A stretch of DNA of 63,949 nucleotides, filler included, from Acidimicrobiia bacterium (GTDB lineage Bacteria > Actinomycetota > Acidimicrobiia > Spongiisociales > CAZKJJ01), in the NCBI GenBank assembly GCA_046759765.1. It is 4 parts of 4 records of this genome, joined end to end, with 100 filler letters (N's around TTAATTAATTAA, not from the genome) between each part and the next. Parts side by side here need not be neighbours in the genome. Positions count along the whole stretch, not along the records: positions 1 to 17,723 come from JBHICV010000039.1; positions 17,824 to 35,105 come from JBHICV010000040.1; 2 more parts are not named here. One strand, 5' to 3'. Made by a program: the position numbers and the translations under genes. The notes beneath the pieces were generated by a model. It did no database searches. It was not told where the DNA came from and saw only the letters and a list, made by a program, of their open reading frames with translations. This document shows, piece by piece, positions 10,201-18,809 of the stretch; position 1 is the first letter of the stretch, and every line of letters begins with the position of its first letter.

Positions 10201-10781
10201 TGCTGGCCAAGCGAGGTGAAATCGAGGCCGCAGAGGAGGTGCTCGAAGAGATGCGGCTGGAACTCGAGGCATCGACCTCCCCCCAGGATCGAGTGGGGTC
10301 CCTGTGGACCTACGGCTGGGTGGCTCTGGCCTCCGGCGACCCCACGTCGGCCCGGGAATACGCGTTGCAGGTGTTCGAGCTGTCGGACCAAGCGCAGTGG
10401 GTCGCGGTCGCGCACACGATCGGAATCCATGCCGCCATCTGGCAAGGGGAGGCTTCCGTGGTTTCCGACGCGATCAAGCTGGCGGAAGAGGTCAGGCTCG
10501 ACACACCGCGGCTGGAGGCATCGATACTCTCCGGGAAGGCAGCCGTTGCCGCGCTTGGGGGTGACCAGGAAACCGCAACGCAGCTCTTTGTCAAAGCGGC
10601 GGACATCTTTCGGGAGGTCGGGGTGCCGTTTGATCTCGCTCTCAGTCAGCTCGCCTGCGCGTCGCTCTTGGAGTCGGACCATGAGGCAGGTAGGGATGCC
10701 GCCGAAGAAGCCCGTGAGATCTTCACCGAGCTGGGCGCCAAGCCGTTCCTCGAGCGCCTCGACGAGGTGGCGAGGGCCTAG
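7284..10781 (+). CDS. Double zinc ribbon + class III cyclase + AAA ATPase + TPR protein
   Basis: four CxxC pairs, VLFADLVGFT, KFIGDGVMA, VNTASRLE, GIPGIGKS, FEDLQWAD. Confidence 0.9.
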   Translation: MACPNCGADTVSGQKFCFECGTELAVACSNCEAPLPAGAKFCGECGTPTGEAITATASPSAAAPAPDVAEPTAERRLVSVLFADLVGFTATSEHRDPEEVREFLTRYSELATDTIQRYGGTVDKFIGDGVMAIWGTPTAFEDDAERAVRAALDLAPDVETLGNEFGVPGLSVRAGIATGEAAVTLDAGSHGMVAGDLVNTASRLEAAAEPGTVLVNEATQLATNEAISYEPAGDLTLKGKTQPVAVWQPLQVVAMRGGAGRASGLEAPFVGRVAELQLLKDLFQATVRDERAHLVSVQGIPGIGKSRLIWEFEKYLDGLADLFYWHQGRSPAYGEGVTFWALGEMVRRRAGIAENDDHFFTTLQLDAIVDEFVPKEDRRWISTALQVLLGVSDSPGVERDELFAAWRTFFQHLSSQAPAVMVFEDLQWADHGTLDFVESLLEWSRDYPIFVVTLARPELLDRRENWGAGQRGFTGLHLEPLSHPEIEELLTGLAPGLPDDLVTGIVERSEGVPLYAVETVRMLIGQGHLVPEGDGYVLTGDLPELAVPETLHALVAARLDTLDRDDRQLLQKASVLGQTFPAKGLASLAGLSPGEVEQRLELLVRREILSIEADPRSPERGQYKFVQGVIKEVAYSSLGRAERGSLHIQVAELLEEQGDDELAGVIASHLVDAYHAVPQAERADDLTRRTLEALESAAIRAGTLGSHAQAVAHLEQAMDVSVEAVEQADLQERAGSSAVLAGLNEVARSHFANALEHARRRSDRQAIARSAAGLGGVLLMESQVDEAIELLDSVRSEIEGMEATTDSVVLHAQLGRAHAFHENGLEAMTEIEKALTEAARLDLIEVVMDALITKAWALTLLGREREAEAVTEGAMSFSARHGLTRSDLRARNNIAAYSSWTEPVWTLGIVQDGFEMARKSGDMDNVGVLGSKAAWSAIQTGAWDLAMDIIDELREETHSWFVRNQVGFSLAELLAKRGEIEAAEEVLEEMRLELEASTSPQDRVGSLWTYGWVALASGDPTSAREYALQVFELSDQAQWVAVAHTIGIHAAIWQGEASVVSDAIKLAEEVRLDTPRLEASILSGKAAVAALGGDQETATQLFVKAADIFREVGVPFDLALSQLACASLLESDHEAGRDAAEEAREIFTELGAKPFLERLDEVARA

Positions 10782-10785
10782 CTGT

Positions 10786-10850
10786 CGTTTCGTGTCAATC
10801 GCAGCCGTGGAAAGTGCGGCTCAGATTGACAGGAACGCGTAGGAACGCGT
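10786..10850. repeat. Extragenic palindrome copy 3, with 10-bp tandem duplication of the outer arm
   Basis: CGTTTCGTGTCAATC-GCAGCCGTGGAAAGTGCGGCTCA(23)-GATTGACAGGAACGCGT then AGGAACGCGT repeated (10831-10840, 10841-10850). Confidence 0.9.
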
Positions 10851-10851
10851 C

Positions 10852-11805
10852 TTAGCCCCCCAGGAGCGCCCGCCACCAGCGTGTGAGGAAGAAGGGCTTG
10901 CCCGGTCGCGGGAGGTCGGCCAGCACCGCCAGCTGCATATCTACGGGTGCGTCGCTCACCATGGCGTAGCCGCCCTTCGGCGTCTCCCAGACGTAGATCA
11001 CTTGGCCCGGGAAGAACTTGCGCTGGTAGGAGCCGCCGTCGATCTGAGCCGCTTCCACTCCGCTCAGTTCCGGTATCTCCAGCCGCGAGCCCGAGCTCAT
11101 GACCGAGAGTGAGAAGAAGCCATCGGAGTAGTAGGCCACCATGGTGCCCTCCGTCCCCGAATACACGTCAATACGGGAGAATCCGCCCACTGCGGCCGGC
11201 AGCCGGTCGGAGTCGAGTTCGCCTCCGTAGGCAACGAGCTGGGTGCGCTCGGCTTCCTCCATGGAGATCAGCTCCATCTCAGGCATGCCCGGCATGAAAG
11301 CAACGAACTCGCTCGTGCAGTACGAAGTCCCTGCAGCATTGAACGTTTCGGTGCGGAGTACTGCGCCGCTGGAGGCATCGAAACCGAGCAGGACCCGGAC
11401 CATCTCGCCTTCCCGGATCTGCACGGCGGTGATCCTTCTATCCAGCACTCGATCGACTCCCGCTATCTCAACCTCGTACCGAACAGTTGGGTCGGTGACG
11501 CCACCGCCGCTGACGGTGGCAACCCGTGAGTAGTCACCCGCCCGATCTGCGTACTCACCCTTGCGGGCGATGACCTCGGTATCGGACGTCCTGGCCTTGA
11601 TCACCGCCACGCCGCCTGATTGTTTGATGTCGGTCATCTGACTCACCACCCCATCCGGGGTTTGGCAGTGAACGAACTTCGTACCTGAGAACTCAGCCTG
11701 CGACGCTCTCTCGAAGAGCTCGTCCAGATCGTCGCTAGCTGTCGCCGGCAACGCCGCGAGCACCAGCCCCGTTGTCAACGCGCCGACGACCACGAGCCGC
11801 CTCAT
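10852..11805 (-). CDS. Secreted MucB/RseB-like sigma-E regulatory protein
   Basis: signal peptide; YEVEIAGVDRVLDR, D-SGAVLRTE, YSDGFFSLSV; last gene of sigma/anti-sigma operon. Confidence 0.65.
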   Translation of the reverse strand: MRRLVVVGALTTGLVLAALPATASDDLDELFERASQAEFSGTKFVHCQTPDGVVSQMTDIKQSGGVAVIKARTSDTEVIARKGEYADRAGDYSRVATVSGGGVTDPTVRYEVEIAGVDRVLDRRITAVQIREGEMVRVLLGFDASSGAVLRTETFNAAGTSYCTSEFVAFMPGMPEMELISMEEAERTQLVAYGGELDSDRLPAAVGGFSRIDVYSGTEGTMVAYYSDGFFSLSVMSSGSRLEIPELSGVEAAQIDGGSYQRKFFPGQVIYVWETPKGGYAMVSDAPVDMQLAVLADLPRPGKPFFLTRWWRALLGG

Positions 11806-12227
11806 TCGATGTTCTCGACTATCACGGGAACGACCTCGATCGGCGTGAACGTCGGCTCGAGCGAGTCGCGGGCCCGGAACTGGTTGGACAGATCGTCGAT
11901 GGGCACCTGCACTCCCGGCGGAGGGGGAGCCAGCACGGTCGCCAGCCCCACGAGAATCATCAGCGCGGCAGCCGCCGCTGCGGCCCAGGCCCGCGGACGG
12001 CGGAAGAGTGGGATCACCTTGGCGTCATGGTCGGCGAGCAGGGGCACGACGGAAGGCGGCATCTCGAGGATGGGCATCGAGCGAACAGCCGTCCGTGCGT
12101 CGTGGAGCTCCTCCAATTCGGCCCGGCATACGGAGCAGCCGGCCAGGTGCTCGGAAACTCGACGCTCCTCGGCGCCGGTGAGCTCGCCGTCGAGATGAGC
12201 GGAGAGAAGCTCGCCGAGATGGCTCAC
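11802..12227 (-). CDS. zf-HC2 membrane anti-sigma factor (RseA-like)
   Basis: LLSAHLDGEL, HLAGCSVC, one TM helix. Confidence 0.85.
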   Translation of the reverse strand: MSHLGELLSAHLDGELTGAEERRVSEHLAGCSVCRAELEELHDARTAVRSMPILEMPPSVVPLLADHDAKVIPLFRRPRAWAAAAAAALMILVGLATVLAPPPPGVQVPIDDLSNQFRARDSLEPTFTPIEVVPVIVENIE

Positions 12228-12727
12228 GACAGCTTCTCTCTCAGCATCCTGCGGCCACGATGGATCCTGCTGCGTACGGTTCCGACTGGAACCTCGACGG
12301 CCGCGGCGATCTCTTCATAGCTGAGGCCGACGATGTCGCAGAGCACCACCGACTCTCGGAAGTCGTATGGGAGGGACAGCAATGCTTTTTGCACGTCCTC
12401 TCCGAGGCGGACCGTGGCAAGAACCTCCTCCGGAGCGGGACTGGAACCGAGCTGGGCCCGGTCCAGCTCCTCAGGCAGAGGCGATGTAGGTCGGCGCTGT
12501 CTGCGCCGGACGTCGTCGAGGAAGGCGTTTCGGGTGATTCGCCAGAGCCATCCTTCGAAGGAGCCGGGGCGATAGTCGGGGAGCCCTCGCTTGACGCGGA
12601 GCAGCACCTCCTGGACGAGATCAGCGGCGTCGTCCGGGTTGCCGGTAAGTCGATATGCGAAGTTGTAGATCTTCCGCCCATACGTCCGAGCAACCTCTTC
12701 CCAAGTAAGGGGGATGCCTTCCGTCAC
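12224..12727 (-). CDS. sigE: ECF sigma factor, SigE-like
   Basis: AYRLTGNPDDAADL-QEV, YRPGSFEGWL-RIT-N-FLD, GTVRSRIHRGR as in actinobacterial SigE. Confidence 0.8.
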   Translation of the reverse strand: MTEGIPLTWEEVARTYGRKIYNFAYRLTGNPDDAADLVQEVLLRVKRGLPDYRPGSFEGWLWRITRNAFLDDVRRRQRRPTSPLPEELDRAQLGSSPAPEEVLATVRLGEDVQKALLSLPYDFRESVVLCDIVGLSYEEIAAAVEVPVGTVRSRIHRGRRMLREKLS

Positions 12728-12769
12728 GAGGCTCCAGTGGACACAACGAGCCGGAGGCTCGTCGCGTTC

Positions 12770-12961
12770 CTACGAATCGGGCGTTTCCTCGGGGGGCGTT
12801 TCGGGTTCCTCGGTTGAGCCATCCTGTACACCCTTGCGGAACTCTTTGGCCGACTGACCAAGCGAGCGTGCGAGGTCCGGCAGCTTTCGCGCACCGAACA
12901 GGAGCAGGATGACAGCGAGGATGATGATCAGCTCCGGACCGCTGATGCGTCCTCCAAACAT
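12770..12961 (-). CDS. tatA: Twin-arginine translocase TatA
   Basis: ELIIILAVILLLFGARKLPDLARSLGQS-KEFRKG. Confidence 0.92.
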   Translation of the reverse strand: MFGGRISGPELIIILAVILLLFGARKLPDLARSLGQSAKEFRKGVQDGSTEEPETPPEETPDS

Positions 12962-12970
12962 AAGCGAAGC

Positions 12971-13036
12971 TTAGTTGTCAGTCATCAGTCGGCAGCCGTG
13001 AGTTACTGAATACTGAATACTTAAAGCTGAGAACTA
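12971..13036. repeat. Heptad-periodic imperfect palindrome
   Basis: AG at 12973/12980/12987/12994/13001 mirrored by CT at 13006/13013/13020/13027/13034. Confidence 0.7.
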
Positions 13037-13963
13037 CCCCAACGCCATTGCGTCGATGAACTTCTGGAGCCGCTCCCGCGTAATGAACCGGACACGGGGA
13101 TCGCGCTGCTCCCGCTCGTAAACCTCAAACGGCGCATACTTCTCCGTCACCAAGAGTGCACGGCTGCTTCCCGACGTCTGCGCCTCGATCACGAACCGCT
13201 GGATGGTTTCCGAATCCAGCTCGGGGTAGTCCCCGGAGTGGTGAGGCACGACTCTGATGAAAGTCTTTATCCCTGCCTTCTCCGCCACGAACGTCCCATC
13301 GCCTGCGGGCGAGATTCGGTAGTCGAACAATTCGAGCGTGGAAGTCACGAGCTCACCGGCCGACATGGTCTCAGGATCGACACCCACGGTTCTCAGACCA
13401 ACGTCTACCGCAGTCGGTAGCCGGAGCTCGGCGCCGATCGCTCCCAGCTCATCGGCCCTGTCCTTGGCCGCTAGCCCGGGCGGCGTCACCAACTCCTCGT
13501 CGAGACGCTCGGAGAGCGGGTCAAAACCGATGTGGCTCAACGTCAGGAGGGACGGCACTGTCGTCGGAGGCGGGAGCACGCCAGGCTCTTCCAGCTCGAC
13601 CTCACCGACGCGCACCGGGTCACCGTCTGAGGCAGCTAACGCCACCACCTTGTTGACCTCGGAGAGAGGAAGGCTATGGCGCTTCTCCCGGACAACCTCG
13701 ACCGCCTCCTGCACCAACAGATCCCGGAGAACCTCGTCGATCTCGCCCTCGGGAAGCGGTACGGCAAAGGAAACGAGTGCTTCGGAACCCTGCACGTGGA
13801 AGTCCGCTACTCGTGGAGTCGGGCGTGTGACGTCCGGTAGCTCTTCGGTGGGCTTTTCTTCCTCAATTGACTTCTTTGCCATCCGGGTGCGGCTCCGCGC
13901 GATCCACCAGAGGGCAAGAATGGCAGCGGCCAAAACGATCACGATTACTAACGCGTCACCCAC
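13034..13963 (-). CDS. Membrane-anchored protein with C-terminal Mrr-like restriction-endonuclease fold (apparently degenerate)
   Basis: N-terminal TM helix; C-term pattern LV-LELFDY...IQRFV...ALLVT...VRFITRERLQKFI. Confidence 0.5.
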   Translation of the reverse strand: MGDALVIVIVLAAAILALWWIARSRTRMAKKSIEEEKPTEELPDVTRPTPRVADFHVQGSEALVSFAVPLPEGEIDEVLRDLLVQEAVEVVREKRHSLPLSEVNKVVALAASDGDPVRVGEVELEEPGVLPPPTTVPSLLTLSHIGFDPLSERLDEELVTPPGLAAKDRADELGAIGAELRLPTAVDVGLRTVGVDPETMSAGELVTSTLELFDYRISPAGDGTFVAEKAGIKTFIRVVPHHSGDYPELDSETIQRFVIEAQTSGSSRALLVTEKYAPFEVYEREQRDPRVRFITRERLQKFIDAMALG

Positions 13964-14006
13964 GGTCCCTCCCAGGCAATTACGGGAATTCTACCGGAAG
14001 GCGCGG

Positions 14007-14288
14007 TCAGGAAGCCCGCCGACGAGCCGCCTCGAGAGCCCGCTGCTTGCGTATCTTGCGGCGCTCCCGCTCGGAGAGGCCTCCCCAGATCCCAAACTTC
14101 TCACTGTGCTGTAAGGCGAACTCGAGGCACTCAACCCGTACTTCGCATTCGGCACAGATCGCCTTCGCCTGACGGGTCGACGCGCCCCGCTCCGGGAAGA
14201 ACAGGTCCGCGTCCGCCCCGCTGCAGCTGGCCTTGTCCTGCCACGAGAGGTCGTCGATGGCGAGCGCATCGATCAGATCTTGATTCAC
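14007..14288 (-). CDS. whiB: WhiB family Fe-S transcription regulator (WhiB/WhiB2-like)
   Basis: WQ-A-C, FFPERGAST-AK-IC-C-V-ECL, GIWGGLSERERR. Confidence 0.93.
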   Translation of the reverse strand: MNQDLIDALAIDDLSWQDKASCSGADADLFFPERGASTRQAKAICAECEVRVECLEFALQHSEKFGIWGGLSERERRKIRKQRALEAARRRAS

Positions 14289-14302
14289 CAGGTGCTCCCC
14301 TC

Positions 14303-14360
14303 AATGACACCGGTGTAATTACATTGATGTAATCATGGCGAGCGACGCGCGCGCTGTCAA
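14303..14360 (-). promoter_or_regulatory. whiB promoter with overlapping palindromic operators
   Basis: minus strand TTGACA(14360-14355)-N17-CATGAT; palindromes AATGACACCGGTGTAATT (14303-14320) and ATTACATTGATGTAAT (14318-14333). Confidence 0.7.
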
Positions 14361-14421
14361 GAGAGATGGCGCTTGCGCGAGCGACTTCCACCCCCGAACG
14401 CGCCCGTAAGATCGCGGTCGT

Positions 14422-15123
14422 ATGGCTTTATCGGTACGTCGGCGGTCCTGGTTCCTGGACTTCTACCGCTCCGACGTCGGGAAGAAGTGGGTGATGGCGA
14501 TCACTGGCATCGTCGGGCTGGCGTATGTCCTGTTCCACATGATCGGCAATCTCAAGATCTTCCTCGGCGCGGCTGAGATCAATGCCTACGCCGAGTGGCT
14601 CCGGGAGTTCCCGGAACCGCTACTGCCCCGCGGTGTGTTCCTCTGGATGGTCCGAGCAGGCCTGCTCGTAGCCCTCTTACTCCACGTCCACGCCGCTACC
14701 GCCCTCACGATTACGAACTGGCGGGCACGACCGGTCTCGTATGAGTCACCCCGCTCTTACTTGGTCGCCAACTATGCCTCCCGGACCATGCGCTGGTCAG
14801 GCGTAATCGTCTTGCTGTTCATTGCCTACCACCTCGCTCACGTGACGTTCGGGATCGCCCATCCCGACTTCGTAGCCGGTGACGTCCACCACAACATGAT
14901 CCGGGGCTTCCAATCCTGGCCGGTGGCGATCGCCTACATCGTGGCGATGATCGCTCTCGGCTTCCACATCTTCCACGGCGCTTGGAGTATGTTCCAGAGC
15001 CTCGGCATCAATCACCCGACGTTCAACCCCTGGCGGCGCTGGTTCGCCGGGCTGTTCGCGCTCGTGATCGTGGTAGGGAACATCAGCATGCCGATTCTGA
15101 TCGTGACCGGGGCGGTGAGCTGA
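14422..15123 (+). CDS. sdhC: Succinate dehydrogenase cytochrome b subunit
   Basis: [29 protein letters not shown]; precedes flavoprotein. Confidence 0.92.
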   Translation: MALSVRRRSWFLDFYRSDVGKKWVMAITGIVGLAYVLFHMIGNLKIFLGAAEINAYAEWLREFPEPLLPRGVFLWMVRAGLLVALLLHVHAATALTITNWRARPVSYESPRSYLVANYASRTMRWSGVIVLLFIAYHLAHVTFGIAHPDFVAGDVHHNMIRGFQSWPVAIAYIVAMIALGFHIFHGAWSMFQSLGINHPTFNPWRRWFAGLFALVIVVGNISMPILIVTGAVS

Positions 15124-15124
15124 G

Positions 15125-17041
15125 GTGGTCCTCGACGCCATGATTCCCCCCGGAGCACTCGAGGATAAGTGGCAGGACCTCCTCTCCCACCTTCACTTGG
15201 TGAGCCCTGCCAACAAGCGCCGCTTCCAGATCATTGTCGTCGGAACGGGTCTGGCGGGCGCATCTGCGGCCGCGACGCTCGGCGAGCTCGGCTATCAGGT
15301 GAAGGCCTTTACCTTCCACGACTCACCTCGACGAGCTCACAGCATTGCTGCGCAAGGAGGAATCAACGCGGCGAAGAACTACCGCAACGACGGCGACTCC
15401 GTGTATCGCCTGTTCTACGACACCGTCAAAGGCGGCGACTACCGGTCCCGGGAGGCGAACGTTTACCGCCTGGCCGAGGTCAGCACCGAGATCATCGATC
15501 AGTGCGTGGCGCAGGGAGTCCCGTTCGCACGCGAGTACGGCGGCCTGCTCGACACCCGCTCGTTCGGTGGGGTTCAGGTCTCCAGGACGTTCTATGCACG
15601 GGGACAGACCGGCCAGCAGCTCCTCCTCGGCGCTTATCAGGCGCTGGCTCGACAGATAGGGGCGGGGACTGTTGAGCAGTTTGTCCGCACTGAGGTCCTC
15701 GACGTCGTGCTGCACGATGGCAGGGCGGTGGGCGTTGTCGCCCGGGATCTCATAACCGGCGAGATCTCTTCCCACTCGGCTCACGCGGTGGTCTTGGCCA
15801 CCGGCGGCTACAGCAACGCCTACTACCTCTCCACCAACGCCAAGGCATCCAACGCCACGGCCATCTGGCGGGCATACAAGAAGGGAGCCCTCTTCGGGAA
15901 TCCGTCCTTCACCCAGATCCATCCCACCTGCATTCCTCCCAGTGCCGACTTCCAATCGAAGCTCACGCTCATGAGCGAGTCGCTCCGCAATGACGGCCGG
16001 ATCTGGGTGCCGGAAAGCATCGACGAGAAGCGGCCACCGTCCGAGATCCAGGAGTCGGAGCGCGACTACTACCTCGAGCGGATGTATCCGGCCTACGGCA
16101 ATCTGGTCCCCCGCGATGTTGCGTCACGGGCGGCCAAGAGAATGGTCGACCAGGGACGTGGCGTCGGCCCGCTCAGCAATGGCGTCTACCTCGACTTTGC
16201 CGACGCGATCGCCCGGCTCGGCCAGGAGGTGATCGAGGAGCGCTATTCGAATCTATTCGAGATGTATCACCGGATAACGGACGAGGACCCGTTCCGTGTG
16301 CCTATGCGGATCTACCCGGCTCCTCACTACACGATGGGTGGGCTCTGGGTCGACTACTACCTGATGACCACTATCCCCGGCCTCTACGCCATTGGGGAGG
16401 CCAACTTCTCCGACCACGGCGCCAATCGCCTGGGAGCCAGCGCGCTTATGCAGGGACTGGCCGATGGCTACTTCATCCTCCCCTACACCATCGGCGACTA
16501 CCTGGCCGGCGTGCTCGGCTCTGATCCGCTTCCCGCCTCGCACACCGTCTTCCAGGAGACCGAGACCGCGGAGCACGAACGCATCGACCGATTCCTATCC
16601 CGAAAGGGAACCCGATCGGTCGACTGGTTCCACCGCGAGCTGGGGTGGATCCTCTGGGACTACTGCGGAATGGAACGTAGCCAGCAAGGGCTCGAGAAGG
16701 CAATGTCTGAGATTCCTGCCCTGAGGGAGGAGTTCGAGAGAGACCTGCGGGTTCTGGGTGACGACGAGACGATGAACCAGTCCCTCGAGAAGGCGGGACG
16801 CGTGGCCGACTACTTCGAACTGGCTGAGCTCATGTGCCACGACGCGCTCATCAGGGAAGAGTCCTGCGGGGGTCACTTCCGGGTGGAGTATCAGACCTCC
16901 GACGGCGAAGCACTGCGGCGAGACGATGAGTTCCTCAGTGTCAACGCCTGGGAGTTCACGGGTCAAGGCGAGACGCCCAGCTGGCTGGTGGAGCCGCTCG
17001 GATTCGAATACCTGGACCTCACCGAGAGGAGCTACCAGTAA
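15125..17041 (+). CDS. sdhA: Succinate dehydrogenase/fumarate reductase flavoprotein
   Basis: [47 protein letters not shown]. Confidence 0.95.
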   Translation: MVLDAMIPPGALEDKWQDLLSHLHLVSPANKRRFQIIVVGTGLAGASAAATLGELGYQVKAFTFHDSPRRAHSIAAQGGINAAKNYRNDGDSVYRLFYDTVKGGDYRSREANVYRLAEVSTEIIDQCVAQGVPFAREYGGLLDTRSFGGVQVSRTFYARGQTGQQLLLGAYQALARQIGAGTVEQFVRTEVLDVVLHDGRAVGVVARDLITGEISSHSAHAVVLATGGYSNAYYLSTNAKASNATAIWRAYKKGALFGNPSFTQIHPTCIPPSADFQSKLTLMSESLRNDGRIWVPESIDEKRPPSEIQESERDYYLERMYPAYGNLVPRDVASRAAKRMVDQGRGVGPLSNGVYLDFADAIARLGQEVIEERYSNLFEMYHRITDEDPFRVPMRIYPAPHYTMGGLWVDYYLMTTIPGLYAIGEANFSDHGANRLGASALMQGLADGYFILPYTIGDYLAGVLGSDPLPASHTVFQETETAEHERIDRFLSRKGTRSVDWFHRELGWILWDYCGMERSQQGLEKAMSEIPALREEFERDLRVLGDDETMNQSLEKAGRVADYFELAELMCHDALIREESCGGHFRVEYQTSDGEALRRDDEFLSVNAWEFTGQGETPSWLVEPLGFEYLDLTERSYQ

Positions 17042-17723
17042 TGGATCTAAAGCTGCAGGTGTGGCGCCAGACCGACAGCCGTGACTCGGGTCGATTCGAG
17101 ACCTACCCGGCGCAGGACATCAGCCCCGACATGTCATTCCTCGAGATGCTCGACGTGCTCAACGAGCATCTGATTTCCGAAGATATCGAGCCCATCGCCT
17201 TCGACCACGACTGCCGTGAGGGAATCTGCGGCTCGTGCGGGGTGATGATCAACGGGGTGCCCCATGGCCCGGCGCCGGGGACCGCTACTTGCCAGCTGCA
17301 CATGCGGCACTTCCGGGACGGTCAGACCATCGTCGTCGAGCCTTGGCGCGCCGCCACGTTCCCGGTCGTTCGCGATCTGACGGTCGACCGATCCGCGTTC
17401 GATCGGATCATCGAGGCCGGCGGCTACATCAGCGTGAACGCCGGCAGCGCACCCGAAGCTAATGAGATCCCCGTCCCGAAGGAGGCCGCCGAGACCTCCA
17501 TGGACTCGGCCGCGTGCATCGGCTGCGGTGCCTGCGTGGCGGCGTGCCCCAACGGTGCCGCCCAGCTGTTCACCGCCGCCAAGGTCGCCCACCTGAACCT
17601 GTTGCCACAAGGTCAGCCCGAGCGCTGGAGTCGGGTCACGGCGATGGTCGACGAGATGGAGCGCTTCTTCGGATCCTGCACCAACCACGGCGAGTGTGAG
17701 GCCGCCTGCCCCAAGGGGATCTC
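17041..17723 (+). CDS. sdhB: Succinate dehydrogenase Fe-S subunit, 3'-partial
   Basis: [36 protein letters not shown]; cut by contig end. Confidence 0.95.
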
Positions 17724-17823
17724 NNNNNNNNNNNNNNNNNNNNNNNNNNNNNNNNNNNNNNNNNNNNTTAATTAATTAANNNNNNNNNNNNNNNNNNNNN
17801 NNNNNNNNNNNNNNNNNNNNNNN
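17724..17823. other. Artificial contig linker
   Basis: N44-TTAATTAATTAA-N44. Confidence 0.98.
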
Positions 17824-18809
17824 TTGACCGCCGCCAGGTCTGACCACTCCGGTCTGAGCTGGCCAATTCCTCCGTTCAGGCAAGCAAGGACGAGCTCGAG
17901 GAGGTCGCTGCGGAGCCTGGGAAGGATTGCCTGGGCCTCGGGATCACCCAGCCGAACATTGAACTCCAGCACTTTGGGGCCGTCTTCCGTTAGCACCAGC
18001 CCGACATACAGGAATCCCATATACGGTGTCCCTTGGTCAATGAGGACCGCTAGCACCGGACGAACGATCTCCTCGAGCAGCTCCTTCTGGAGACCGAGCG
18101 GCAAATCAACGGGCGAGTAAGAGCCCATCCCGCCCGTGTTCGGGCCCTCGTCGCCGTCTCCCAAGCGCTTGTAGTCGCGGGCCGGGGCAAGGGCCACGGG
18201 CTCCTGTCCGTCGCAGATGGCGAAGAGGCTGAGTTCGGGGCCGGGTAGATGCTCCTCTATCAGCACCCTCGATCCCGCCTGGCCGAGTCCACCAGATAGA
18301 CAGCGATTTACCCAAGCTTCCGCATCCGCGAGCTGGTCACTGACGAGGACACCCTTTCCGGCGGCCAGGCCGTCGGCTTTGACTACGAACGGTGCCTCCT
18401 GGCGTCGGAGAGCCGCCACCGCAGGTCCCTCCTCCGAGAACACCTGCGCGGAGGCGGTGGCGACGTCGGCCTTGGCCATCACTTCTTTTCCGAACCACTT
18501 GGACGACTCGAGGCGAGCGGCGGCTCGCGTCGGCCCGAACGCAGCAACGCCGGCCGCGGTCAGATCGTCGACGAGGCCTTTTGCCAAAGGGTCCTCTGGT
18601 CCGATGATGGCGAGATCCACTCCTCGAGTAACTGCGAATTCCGAGATCCGGGCCGTATCGGAGGCGGAAATCTCCGGCACGGTCTCGCCCAGCGACTCCA
18701 GCCCCGGGTTGCCCGGCACCGAGATGAGCCGCCCGATCCGCGGGGATTGCGCCAACTTCCAGCCCAGCGAGTGCTCGCGCGCCCCCTCTCCGATGAGCAT
18801 GATCCTCAC
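17824..18809 (-). CDS. purD: Phosphoribosylamine-glycine ligase, 3'-partial
   Basis: GEGAREH, LESSKWF, VKADGLAAGKGV, GPNTGGMG, EFNVRLGDPE; GTG overlaps purA stop. Confidence 0.95.
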
